DNA of 39,197 nucleotides, from assembly GCA_016198605.1 (NCBI GenBank), contig JACQIG010000080.1, positions 1 through 39,197 of the forward strand, given 5' to 3'. Below, in pieces: positions 19,501 through 31,500 of the stretch. Position numbers and translations under genes: made by a program. Within the stretch, counting starts at the first letter, position 1; every line of letters begins with the position of its first letter. The notes beneath the pieces are model-generated. The model was not told where the DNA came from. It saw only the letters and a program-made list of their open reading frames with translations, and did not search any database. The DNA comes from Candidatus Aenigmatarchaeota archaeon (GTDB lineage Archaea > Aenigmatarchaeota > Aenigmatarchaeia > QMZP01).

Positions 19501-22500
19501 TCGCCGTCTACAGCCATGAACAATACCCTGAACAGCCCTTCAGGGTGGCTTGAAGTCGCGGAATTCCATTCAAATATGTTGGCGAGCGCTGCCTGGTTCT
19601 CAGGTCCTGGGAGGACCCTTGCATTGCTGAGCCTTGTGAATTCATCCATCCATGCGCTTCCGTCAAAGAACTGCACCTTCATCAGCAGGCCCACTGTGGT
19701 GTTGGAAAACTCGTTGTTCTGCAGCTTGGACTCTGTCCCGTCCTCAACGAACATGTTTATGCACTGCACATTGCTGTCCGCAAGGCCATCGCTCACCTTA
19801 AGGCAGACCTCAGACCTTCCTGCATCAAGGCCCGTTACGGAGAGGGACCTGCCTGTTATTGTTGCCATTGCCTTCTGGGTATCACCCTGTGAGACTATTG
19901 AATGGGTTATTGCATCACTCTCCATGTCAGTGCCAAAGAAGCCCAGGTCAATGCTCCTGACCTGGCCGGGCTCAAGGCTCATGTCAGGGATGTTCCTCAG
20001 CTGCGGGGGCTGGTTTGGAACGGCGTGGGTTGCCTCTGGCGTGGAGACAGCTTCAAAGCCGTCCGTACATGTTACCCGGGTTGTAATAACTGCATCTGGC
20101 ATTCCCGCCACAAGCGCAGAAGCCAATCCATTATCTATTTCCATATCTATGGTGCTGTTGTCCGCTGAAAGCGTGCAGGATATTGCCTGGCTATCGGCAT
20201 CTGAAACCTTTACGAGGACTTCAAACGCGTGCTCACCAAGAACATCCCTGAATGCCTGCCCGGAGACGGCAGGCCCTGAGTTGACAAGCACCGTGGTGTC
20301 CATGATTCTTCCGTCTGCGTCTATGTATCGCAGGTGGAACGCTCCAGGGCTGCTGAACGCGACAGCGCTGTTATTTATCCTTATGCTGGGTATGCACCTG
20401 CTTGTCTCGTCAACGCAGAAGGTTGTGTCGCCTGATATGCTGACTGAAGATCCTGGCGCTAGTATGCCGCCCTGGTAATCATCAAATATGGCCGCTTCAG
20501 GCTCAACGCCAAATTCTATGTCCACGTTCTGGCTGTTGACCTGCTCATTGCCCAGCACATCCACGCAGCTTACATAGGCCCTTGTAAGGTTTGTTATCTT
20601 GTCCTTTGACGGGTCCACCTTCGTGAGGTTGCCAAGGTTGCAGTTGGCAAATTCCCCTGCAACGGCGCACTCATTCTCCAAAAGCGAGTAGCTCCTGTCC
20701 TTGTGGAACCTGTTGAGCAAGTCCTTGCCCCACCTGCACCTCATTCCAGGCTCCCCCTGGATGGCGGCAATGGTCTTGGAATCGTCCACAGCATCAACAA
20801 GGCCGGCCGTGTCTGAAGCAAGGGCAAATAGCCTTGTAGCAGGCGGCGCGGAGTCTGTCGTGTAGTTGCCGGATATGGAAAGGCTTGCCAGGCTCTTCCC
20901 GTCCGACAGGAATGCAAACCAGGTATGCAGCATATCATCCTTTTCGGCCGCGAATGAGCAGCCTGGGTTGAGCCTTTCAGTGGACTGGCAGTATGTGCCG
21001 CCTGAGCAGCCATTGATGCCACCAGCCTGGTTGGTCTTGCAGACATACAAGGTGAGCAGGTCGCCGTCAGGGTCAAACGCATTAGTCCTTATGCCCACCC
21101 TTTCACCGCCCTTTATCTCTTCCGCATTGTCAAACGCCCCTGACAGGGTGGGCCTCGTGTTCTGTGCAACCTTGGAGAGGCCTGAGGGCGTGGCGGGCGT
21201 GAGCCTGACAGTCTGGGTGTAGAAATACACGTCCCTGCCTGTCTTTACATTAAGGTATAATGAGTCAAACAGGTCAAATACCCTTGACGCCATGATGGCC
21301 GAATCACCCAGCCCATCCTCTGCATCCAGGCCGAGCACGTACCTGCCGCCTTCGGTATTATTGTATATTGATTTGTAGAGGCTACCTGTGCTGCTAACGT
21401 TCAGAAGCTGTGTTGAATTGTCTGGTTTTGTAAGCATTAACGCTACATTGTTTATATTATTATCCAGGTCTATTATCTCCGACCTGATGCTGACATTTTC
21501 CCCATAGCCCTGTATCTCTGGCGAGTCAAGGTATTGTATGCCAGGGCCTGCGTTCACATATATCTTCCTTGCACCCTGGTTGTTGGACTCGCTTGTCTCT
21601 ATTATTGCATCATCCGCATCAGGGAAAACCACGAACTCGTAAAGGCCCGCAAGCTCGCTTGTGTCCCAGGAGACGCTCCACATGTCTGACGAGAACGGGT
21701 GCATTGTAAGCGTTTCCCTCTTGAATTCAGTCACAGCTCCTGTGGCAACGTTCCTTGCGTATACGGTGAAGTCAAAGCCCTCTGCAAACAGCTCGCCGGC
21801 GTTCCTCATTGTGAAGTTCAGGCGGACTGTCTCCCCCTGGTCAACCGTGTATGTGCACTCGCCCCTTGTCTGGTTGCCGCAGTCGCACAGGGACTGGTTT
21901 GCGAAACACGTGAGGTTGCCCTGTGACACCGCAAGCATGTGCGAGTAGTTGAGGTTTGTCACCTCAAGGTCTGTTGACCTGACAGGCACAAAGTGGTCAA
22001 GGGTTATGTCGGCATCTATGTTGAAACTGGCCGCCTTGAGCGTTATCAGGTTGCTTTCGCTCTTTGTGAATTCATTCCTGAGCACATTGCCCGCAACCGG
22101 CAGCCCGTTCACCCACATGTTTGACGTTCCTGTCCTGGATACCCTTATTTCCTGAACAGTGGAATCCACCCAAAGGTCTTTCCTGAAGTATATTGCCTTC
22201 TCATTGCCCGGGCCCACCTGGACAACGCCCCACTGCGTGTCATCAAGGAACTTGTTGCTCGCCTGGTCATCATTGAAATTGGAGCCCCTCAGCCAGTTCT
22301 TGTCATCCAGGAGCTCGTTCCAGACGCTGGACAGTTGCAGGCGCGTCTCATTGCTGACCGTGGCAGGTATGGCCAGGTCAACCTCCAGGTTCTTTGTCTC
22401 AAACGGAAGGACTGCCAGCGGTATTGACCTGAGGGTGACCTCGTTCCTGTTCCTGAAGTCCACGACGGATATCCTCATGGTGAAGTCAAGCCTCTTGTCA

Positions 22501-25500
22501 TACTTGTTCTCCACCCTGATCCTTGCTGTCACATCTTCGCCGGGCAGGACAAAGAATGGTTCCCTGTCTGGTATTACAGCCCTCTCCCTCATGCCGAAGA
22601 CCGTGAAGAAGACGTCCCTCTCGGGCTCTATCACAGTCCCGCCAGTCCTGACCTTGCCTGAGTATACCCTGCTGTCCGTGTCTGGTATTGATCCTATTGC
22701 GGATATTATGTTCTCCTGCGCCTGCTTCAGGCCGGAGGTTATGCTGATGGGCGACCAGCCAGGATAGCCTGAGCCCTGGAACTCGCCATTGAGGTAGACG
22801 TCCGTAGTGAATGACTGGTCTCCAAGCACCATCTCCGCCCTCGTGACATCCCTCGGCACGAAGAAGTGCTTCCTGTATTTGCTGTCCTCGCCGGTGGGCA
22901 GCGTGTCACCCCAGTGGTAGTCTCTCGTCCCCTCGGCAAGAATCTCCTGCTGCGTTGCCTCCCTGTTCCTGTTCCAGAGCCTGTCGGGGAAGGAGAAAAC
23001 CCTCTCCACCTGCACTGCAAGCCTTGACCTGAGCGGGACATCGCTGGGTATTATCACGCGGAAGGAGAGGTTGATGCTTGACTGCGGCGGTATTGTCCTC
23101 GGCGTGGTGTCGGTCTTAAGGTCCACCTTCTTGTTCTGCGGCGTGACAAGGGTCACTTTTATCACGTCCACCGTGGCAGGGTCGTCATCATTATTGGTGA
23201 CGGTGAAGTTGACGGCCTCCTCGAACTGCCTCCTCAGCAGGCCGTTTTCCCCTATCCCTGTTATGTCCAGCTGGAAGGCCTCCGGTATGGGTTCCACTGT
23301 GGTGTTCTGGATGTAATCAACCGTCACTGAATCATAGAACGTGATGTCAAACTGCCTGTGGGGCCCTAGGGAATACAGGTCAAACTGGCTGTTTCCCCCT
23401 ACTTTCAGCTCGTCAAAGTTTGGCGTCCAGCCGAATTCTATGTCAGCGCATTCCGTAACCTGGCTTGTCTTGAGCTCCCCGTTGATCCAGCTCGTGACAC
23501 CTGAGGGCGGCTCGGTGGCGCAGAACTGGCCGCAGCAGCAGTTCTGCTGCAGCTTGATCTTCTGCTCGGATTTTATCAGCGTCTTGGGTATCCATACAAG
23601 CTTCCTCAGGAAGGACTCCTCAAAGCCGCAGCCAAAGCCCTCATCGCAGACGATGCAGTTGATGCCATGCTGGAAGTCCTGGTCCCCCCACGGCCCGGGG
23701 TCGGTGAACAGCGTGACATTGGAGCTGTCATAAAGGCTTGACGCCGGCAGGTCAGAGGCAAAGCGCCTGCCGCCAAGGAAGCCCTCGTCGGACTGCTGGG
23801 GCCACAGCTCTGCTATGTTGGACCTGTCATATTCATTATCTCCCAATGTGTGCTTCTCCACTCCCTTGACAAGCAGCATTGCTTCCAGCGGGACGCCGTC
23901 AGGAATGTAAACCTTGTATTTCCTTGAGACTGTCTGGCCTGGCGGAAGGTTGAAGCCGTTGGTGTCGGTGAACAGGCTGATTATCCTTGCGCTGTCAAAC
24001 GTCGGGACTGTTATGTTGACAGAGGCGTTCCCGACGGTCTTCTGCCCTGTCTCAGGGCCCTGGTCAAACAGCTCTATGGCTATCCTGTCTATGTTGAACG
24101 CCCTCCTGTTGTTGTTGGTCACGCTCACATCCACGTCCTCTACGTACCCGGGCTTCAGCTCCAGGCCGAACTTGTTGTCTATCTGCAGCTGTATGGCAGG
24201 CTTATCCGGCTTCACTATGTCATAATCCATCCTGAGTATGTTGGTGAACCTCCTGATTTCCCCCGAGCCCACTATCGTGTTTGTCTCGTTCGGCACGAGG
24301 TTGTATATCGGGCACCAGTTCTGCACGCAATTGAAGACGCGGGACATTGTGCCGTTGAAGAACACCCTGTAGGAGCCCTTGTATTCAAACGTGGTGTTCG
24401 GGTCCACGAACAGGTCAAAGGTGTTCCCGCCGAGCTGCGGCCTGTTTATGAATATTGGCGCTCCCTTGGAGCCGCTTATCAGTGTATTCTCCCCGCAGCC
24501 AGCCTCACCCAGCTCGTAGAAGTATGAGGGGTTGACGTTCTCCTGCTTGCTGGCGCGGACTCCCAGCAGCGCGCCATCAGGCATGTCCTGCGGCACGTCT
24601 ATGTCATATTCCAGCTCTATTGCGGACTGGCTTCCTATCCTCTTGCCTTTCAATATGATGTCAAGGGTATCGCACCTGGTGCCTGACCGCCTCAGGACCT
24701 GCGCGTCCTTGGGGCCATCCAGGAACAGCTGGGTAATCTTATTGCCATTGGATCCGTTGAAAGCGGAAAGCTCCACCCTGCCTATGTCAACCTGCTTCCT
24801 TGCGAAATTGATTACCTGCACATTGACAGGCTCAAAGTAACCCTTCCTCAACTGTATGTGCGTGAAGTTGTTGGATCCGAACACAAGGTCCAGGTCGGCG
24901 TCAGCGTCCAGGTCAGCAAGGGCTGGCCTGTAGTCAAGCCTGCCTGGTATGGACAGGTTGAATCCTGTCATGTTCCATGCAGGATCAGTTGAATTGCCAA
25001 TGTTTTGCAGCGTTATTATGCCGCTCCCGCTTCCAACCATTGCATCAAAGTCGCCGTCCCCATCAAGGTCCTTTATGTCAGGCGCTGCATTGGAGCCGAG
25101 GCCTATGCCTGTAAGGTTGAAGCCATTTGGGGCCCAGTCGGGGGCTGCCAGGGTTCCTGTGTTTTCATAGCCCATAAGGTTCCCGAACTGGTTGCCAATA
25201 ATAAGATCCAGATCAGCGTCCCCGTCCAGGTCGGCGAACCTGGGGATTGCACGGAATGTCTCCGCCACTTTTGAAAGGTTGAAGCCGAATTCTGCCCAGG
25301 AACCCTTGACTATGAATTCATTCTGGCCCGTGCCCGGGTTAAAGACATTTTGCCCTACAAATACCCTCTTGTAGGCCCTAAGCTTGCCGTGCGTATCTCC
25401 TACAACCAGGTCTGCAAGCGTGTCCCCGTCCAGGTCTGCAAATTCAGGTGCTGAGCGGGCACCAACGTCAAGCGTGGAGACGGCTATTGTCTGGCGGTTT

Positions 25501-28500
25501 ACCCCTCCTACATTGATGATGGGAAGCTCTGAAGTTGTCCAGTCAATATCAAGCCAGTCCTCAGGTTCCCAGGCAGGGGCTGAATTGGTTCCTGTGTTCC
25601 TGAAGCTCTCAAGCTTGCCATCCAGCGAGCCGATTACAACGTCCAGGTCGCCATCCCTGTCGTAATCCACAAATTCCGGTATTGCGTCATATTCCATGCT
25701 GAAACCTTCAAGGGCCCATGCCGTTGGCGTGAAGGCGCCGCCCGCGTCCTGGTAGGAAGCCAGGAAATTGATGTTGTGCTCCCTTGAAAGGACGTTAAGC
25801 TCAAACGGCCCCTGCGCTATCACCTCAGAAGACACATTGTTGTTGCTTTCGTCCTCATGCGTTATCACATTGCTGGAATCAGCCGCTATCCTGACGCTGT
25901 GGGCCAGCTGGCTGGAGCGCGGCATCTCAAACAGGAACGTCATGGGCTGGCCCTGGTGGGCAAGCAGGGATATTGTCCTGGTCTCCATCAGCACGCCGTC
26001 CAGGTAGAAGCTCACGTTGAAGGGCTCTGTCCTTATGTCACCGCCATTGCTTATGGTTGAGCTTACCGATACTATGTCCCTCTCCGCAGGGAAATTAGGC
26101 GCTGTTGTTATGCCGCCTGCCGCTATCTCTTTCCACCTGAATACAGTGCTATGCCTGTTGTTCGCCTCGGACACCTCATTGGCTGCAGAGCCTTCCAGTA
26201 TGAGGCCTGATGCCTGGACTGACGGCATCGCTGACAGGTTAGCGCCAGGCCCCGCCTCGGCGTGCAGCAGGCTTGACGGGAAGAACTGGCCTGTCAGGTT
26301 GAAGCCGCCATCCGCGGTCACGTTAAGGATGTCACCCACCGTCATTATGTCTGTGACCCCGTCAGCCAGCCTGTCAAAGGACTCTGACTGCGTAACCACC
26401 CTTGAGGTGATGTCAAATGCCGTCTGCTCAAATACCGTAGTGGTCCTTGTCACGGTGAGCCTGAATATGCCAGGATAGAACTGGAACAAGTCAGCGCCCG
26501 CGCCTACGTTGAATGACAGGGGCGGCGTTATTGTAAGCGTATTTGCGCCAACATTTATACCCGTAATCGCGTGGAACGTCTCCCCTTCTATCCTTATTGT
26601 ATCATTCACTGCCAGGCCTGCCACTGAATTCACAGCCAGCGCAGTGGAGCCGCCTGCGTGGAACTGCCTCAGCTCTGTCCTGAAGACATCCCTGTTGGTG
26701 ATGCTTGCGGACATCTCATTACCTGCTATGCCTGGCGTGTTGGAAACGAATGCAAGGCCATCGCTGGACATTACCCTGGCAGTGGATTCGCTGTCATTCC
26801 TTCCGTAATCTATGTAATAGTCAATCCTGTGGTCGCCAGGCGTTATCGCATCCCAGTCTACCGCTGCGATAAGCACGCCCGAAGCTGTGTGGTTTATTAG
26901 TGACCTGCCCGCAAACCTCTCCACTATCACAGAATCATTGTTGTCCAGGAATATGACGCTGTCATAACCGTTTATGTCATGGCCGCCATCGTTCATCTCC
27001 TCAAAGAACAGCCTTATAACATTGTCAGAGGGGTTGTCAATGCCTATCCCCTTGGTGAACTTGGTGCAGAAAGACCCGTAGCCATAGTCAAACTTCAGGT
27101 CCTCCTGGCTCGGTAGGACCTCAAATGCCGCGAACATGGCGCTGTTTGCAAGGTTTGTGTCCCCTGAAGCGACATCTGATACGACAGTGGAGATATTGTA
27201 GCCCCCCTGAGAACGGGACTTAGAGTCAGCAAGCGTATGCTGGAATGTGAATATTGTGCCCTCTCCCGGATTCACGTTGCCCATGTTAGTGTTGGGGTTG
27301 ATGAATCCATCGCACAGGCCGGCATTGAAATCCGGGCTTGCCGGTGTGCAGTTTATCCTGGTGTCTATTGGCGCTACGCCATCGCATCCCCTTCCCTGGA
27401 AAGTGAATTCGCTGAGCGTGGAGCTATAAGAGTTGTCTGCGCCCACATTACTGATATTGGTCCTTATTTGTATGACCTCACCTTCTGTGAATACAGTCTT
27501 CCTGTTGCCGTTCAGATCTGTGAAGAAGATCTCCTCATTGCTCAGGTCAGTAGGCGGGAAGGTTGCGATGGTGTTGGATAGGACATTGTTGGTGTAATCG
27601 GTCTCCAGGTCGTCCAGCAGCGGGTTCACTATGGCTGTCACATTGGCGATTCCGCCTACCACGGCCGGCAGGGTGAACCCGACTGACACGGAAGCCGTGC
27701 CAAAGGCGCCAATGTTGAATGTGGTGTAGCTCCTGCAGTTTTGCGGGCAGCCGAATATGACCGGGTTCCCATCTACCAGCAGCTGTATCTTCACGCCATT
27801 AATTGCAATATTATTAAGGTTCCTTATAGTGACCCTGGCTGCTGCGCCTTCGCCCGGAACAGGCGGGAAGGAGAAGCCCTCAAAGGTTATGGCGGTTGGC
27901 GTGAAATCCGGCACTACAACGAAGTTGTCGGTGAAGTCCCTGTCTGTCTTTATCTTTGTCGGGTTTATGTTCCTGCTGTTGGCTGTGATGTCATTCATGT
28001 TGGAGACATCATCGCTAAGGAGGAAGCTTGTCCTCGGCGTGTTGAAATCCCCGAGCAGCGTGTAGTTGATGCTGGTGACGGCTGATATGTCTGTTGCGGA
28101 GTTCGGGATCACCTTGTATCTCATCTTAAAACTCTCCCTTGGATTGAGCAGGTCCAGGCTGTCAAACACCTGCATGACCTCGGTCATGTTGAACTCCCTG
28201 GGGCTGATCCCCGCCTCCCCAGTGTAGCCCCGGAAACTGCATCCTAGGTGGGGGAAGCCGCAGCCACCGCTGGTGCAGGTCTGCTTGCATATCTGGTTGG
28301 GGAACTGGAAGAAGTATGCGTTCCTCGTGTTGCCGCTGTCCGTGGGCGTCTCAAGGAAGAAGATGTCGGCATAGAATATCTGCTCGCAGAAGAAATCCAG
28401 GCAGATCGGGTAGCCTCCCCTGATGAAGTCCGTGTCATTCCCCCAGAACTCCGTGACGTTAAGGCTGTCCATCTCCCTTGACCAGGGGTCCTGTATTGTG

Positions 28501-31500
28501 GTGAAGACCTCTACCGGCCTCCTTGGAGGGCTAGGCAATGGCACGGAAGACTTGCTTATCCTCAGGCTGTTCATCACAAAGGTCAGGTCTCCGTTGTCGC
28601 CGCCAGCTATCAGGTCAATGTCGTTGTCCCTGTCGTAATCGCCTGATGTCAGCCCGAATGCATTGGGCACGTTTGCAACTATGAAGGGGTTGGTGACCAG
28701 CCCTCCCTCCCTGGAGAAGAACATCCTTATGTTGCCGTCAAAGCTGAGCGTGAACAGGTCAAGCTTGCCTGAGTAATCCACGTCTGCCGTGGTCAGGCCA
28801 TGTGCAAAGGCGCCTACGTCAGTGAACACGAAGCCGTTGTATTTCCCTTCCTCAAACACCAGCCTCTCCACCTGGCCGAGCCTGTCACCCACCATTATGT
28901 CCACCTGGCCGTCAAGGTCATAATCCCCAGTGGTTATGCCGAATGGGAGGTCCCTGGTAGTGATCGTCTGGTTGAACACCATTGACTCGTTGGTGACGCC
29001 GGGGGCGGTCATGTTGTTGGCATATATATTCACCTGGCCCAGCTGTGTCCCGACTACGACATCAAATATATTGTCGTTGTTGAAATCTGAAACCGCAAGA
29101 CCGTATGCCCAGTCATCAAGGTCCAGCAGCGTTATGTTGTTCACGAACACGCCCTGGCTGTTGTTGTAGAATTGCACCTTCCCGCTCTCTGTCCCGACCA
29201 GCAGGTCAGGATATCCGTCCCTCTCAAAGTCTGCCGAGGCCATGCCCCATGCCGTTTCGCCTATGTCATCTATCAATACCTGGGTGAAGTTGACGTTCTT
29301 CGTCTTGTTGTTGTTCGTGTAGAATATCCCATTGTTCTTGTACATGACTATCCTGCCCGTGTCGGTCCCTGCAACGAAGTCAATCTTCATGTCATTCTGG
29401 AAGTCGTTGCTCGTAAGGCCCCTGACCCTCTCACCGGGTATCGGTTCCAGCGGCCTCGGGCTGAAGAACAGCAGGTCCGGTATCTGCTCCGGCACGAACT
29501 TCTTGGTAAGGAATGTGGCGTTCAATATGTTGTTGGACCTGTCCGGGTCTGCCGGCAGGTTGAGCGTGTTGGCCTCTGCAAACACTGTCCTGTTGCCCAG
29601 CTGGCCTGCCGTCTGCCAGTTCACAGAGACATTCACCAGCCCGCCGGCAGGCACGGTGATGTCCTTGAAGTCTATCCTGTTATCTATGTCCACGGAATCC
29701 CTGTAGAAGCTTATCCTCACCCCGCTTGCATCAAACTGGTTCAGGCCCTGTATTGTTGCGGTGACATTGACCACCTGGCCTTCAAACACCGGAGCAGGTG
29801 GGTTGAAGTGCATGGCAACAACGGCAAGGTCAGGCCCGTCAATGAATATGCCTGCTGACGCATTGTTGTTCAGGTAGCTTGACTCAAAGGTGCCGGAGGA
29901 CCTCTCTATATTGACAACCACTGTCTTGTTCCCTGCAAATCCTGTTGTATCCCAGGCTATGCTTGCGTTCTCCTCGCCGGTTATGTTAAGCGAATCCCTT
30001 CCCACTTCAATCCCGTCCGCAGTGAAGGACACATTCACGCCATTTGCGAACTTGCCTCCTGTGTTTCTTATGAGCGCAGTCACATTGACCGGGGATCCTG
30101 TTATTGTTGTGGCTGGTGGCTCAAATGTTATGTCCTGGGCGCTTACAGTCAGGTCAGGCCCTGGGAGGACAGTCAGGTTTGTCAAGGAGGATATGACATT
30201 GCCAGCCTGGTCTGTCGCCGTAATGTTAGCCGTGAATGTGCCTGCGTTTGGCGGACCTTTGAAAGTGGCTGTAAAGATGTCACCCGAGCCTGATAGCACT
30301 ATGGATGAATTGAAGGGCAAGGAAGCCGACACGGATTTGACGGCTATGTCATCCGTTGCATTCACCCTTACCAATATGATGTCATTGGTGAATGCATTCT
30401 CAAATTCTATCATGTTTATGGCAGGCAGAGACTGGTCTATTACAAAGCTCCCTTCCATGCTTGCAGTATTGCCTGCAGAGTCAGCAGCGCTTATGCCGAT
30501 GGAGAATGCGCTTGTGATAGAGCCGTTTGACCTGAACCTGTAAGCTCCGCTCCTCCTGCCCCTCGGGTCTGTCGCGAGGGTGAACCTGCTGTCATTTATG
30601 CCGAAGGAGGAGATGTTGCTGAAGCCCGCGTCCACCGTCCCGAATATCTCGGCCTCCGGCTTCGTGACAAATGCGCCGCCCACGGCGAAGTTGTCTATCG
30701 TTATGTTAAGGCGCGTGTTGTCCACGACGAATATGTCTGAGAGCTTCCCTACGGCATGCACGCCGTCTGTTGTGGTTATGTTAACCCTGGTAAACCCGTC
30801 AAATACGGTTGTGTCCCACACAAGTTCAGAGGCATTGCCCGCATTTGCTATCTCCACCCATTCCCCCTGCAGGAAGTATTGGGCAGGGTTGTCCTCAAAC
30901 CGCGGCGCAAATTCAGAAGGCTGCCAGTAGTACAGTGTGGAATCCACGGGGCCCTCATTATCGTTGTTAACGGAGAATTTTATGGTATTGTTCCCGCCCC
31001 ACTGGGAGGTGCCGTTGGGCTGGAAGATGGTTATTATCGGCACATCATTTATCACGTCTATGAACTCCGACTGCTCCGGCGATGAGTTTGCGTTATTGTT
31101 CCTGTCTTTTGCTGATACGAAGAATGTTATGTTGTTGCCCTGCCTAAGGTCCCAGTCCACATCCGTCCTGTTAAGTGTTGCCCTGAATGTGTTCCCACCC
31201 AGGAAAGCCATGCTCCTGTTTCCTTGCATACCTGCAACACCAAAGAATAACCTGGCTGAGCTGGTGTCCACGCCCACTCCTACATCAAATATGTTCACAG
31301 TGAAGTCAACATTGGCTGAATTCTCCCTTATGTCAGCTGGTATAAGCGTTATGGTGGAGAACGTCGGAGCTATCTGGTCTAGTATCACAGATATTGATTC
31401 GTTGGCCTCGTTATTTGACCTGTCAAGATCCAGTCTGGCATTGTTTGGGTCAATCTGCGCTATTATTGTGTGGTTGCCGACAGCGGCCTTCCAGTTGACA

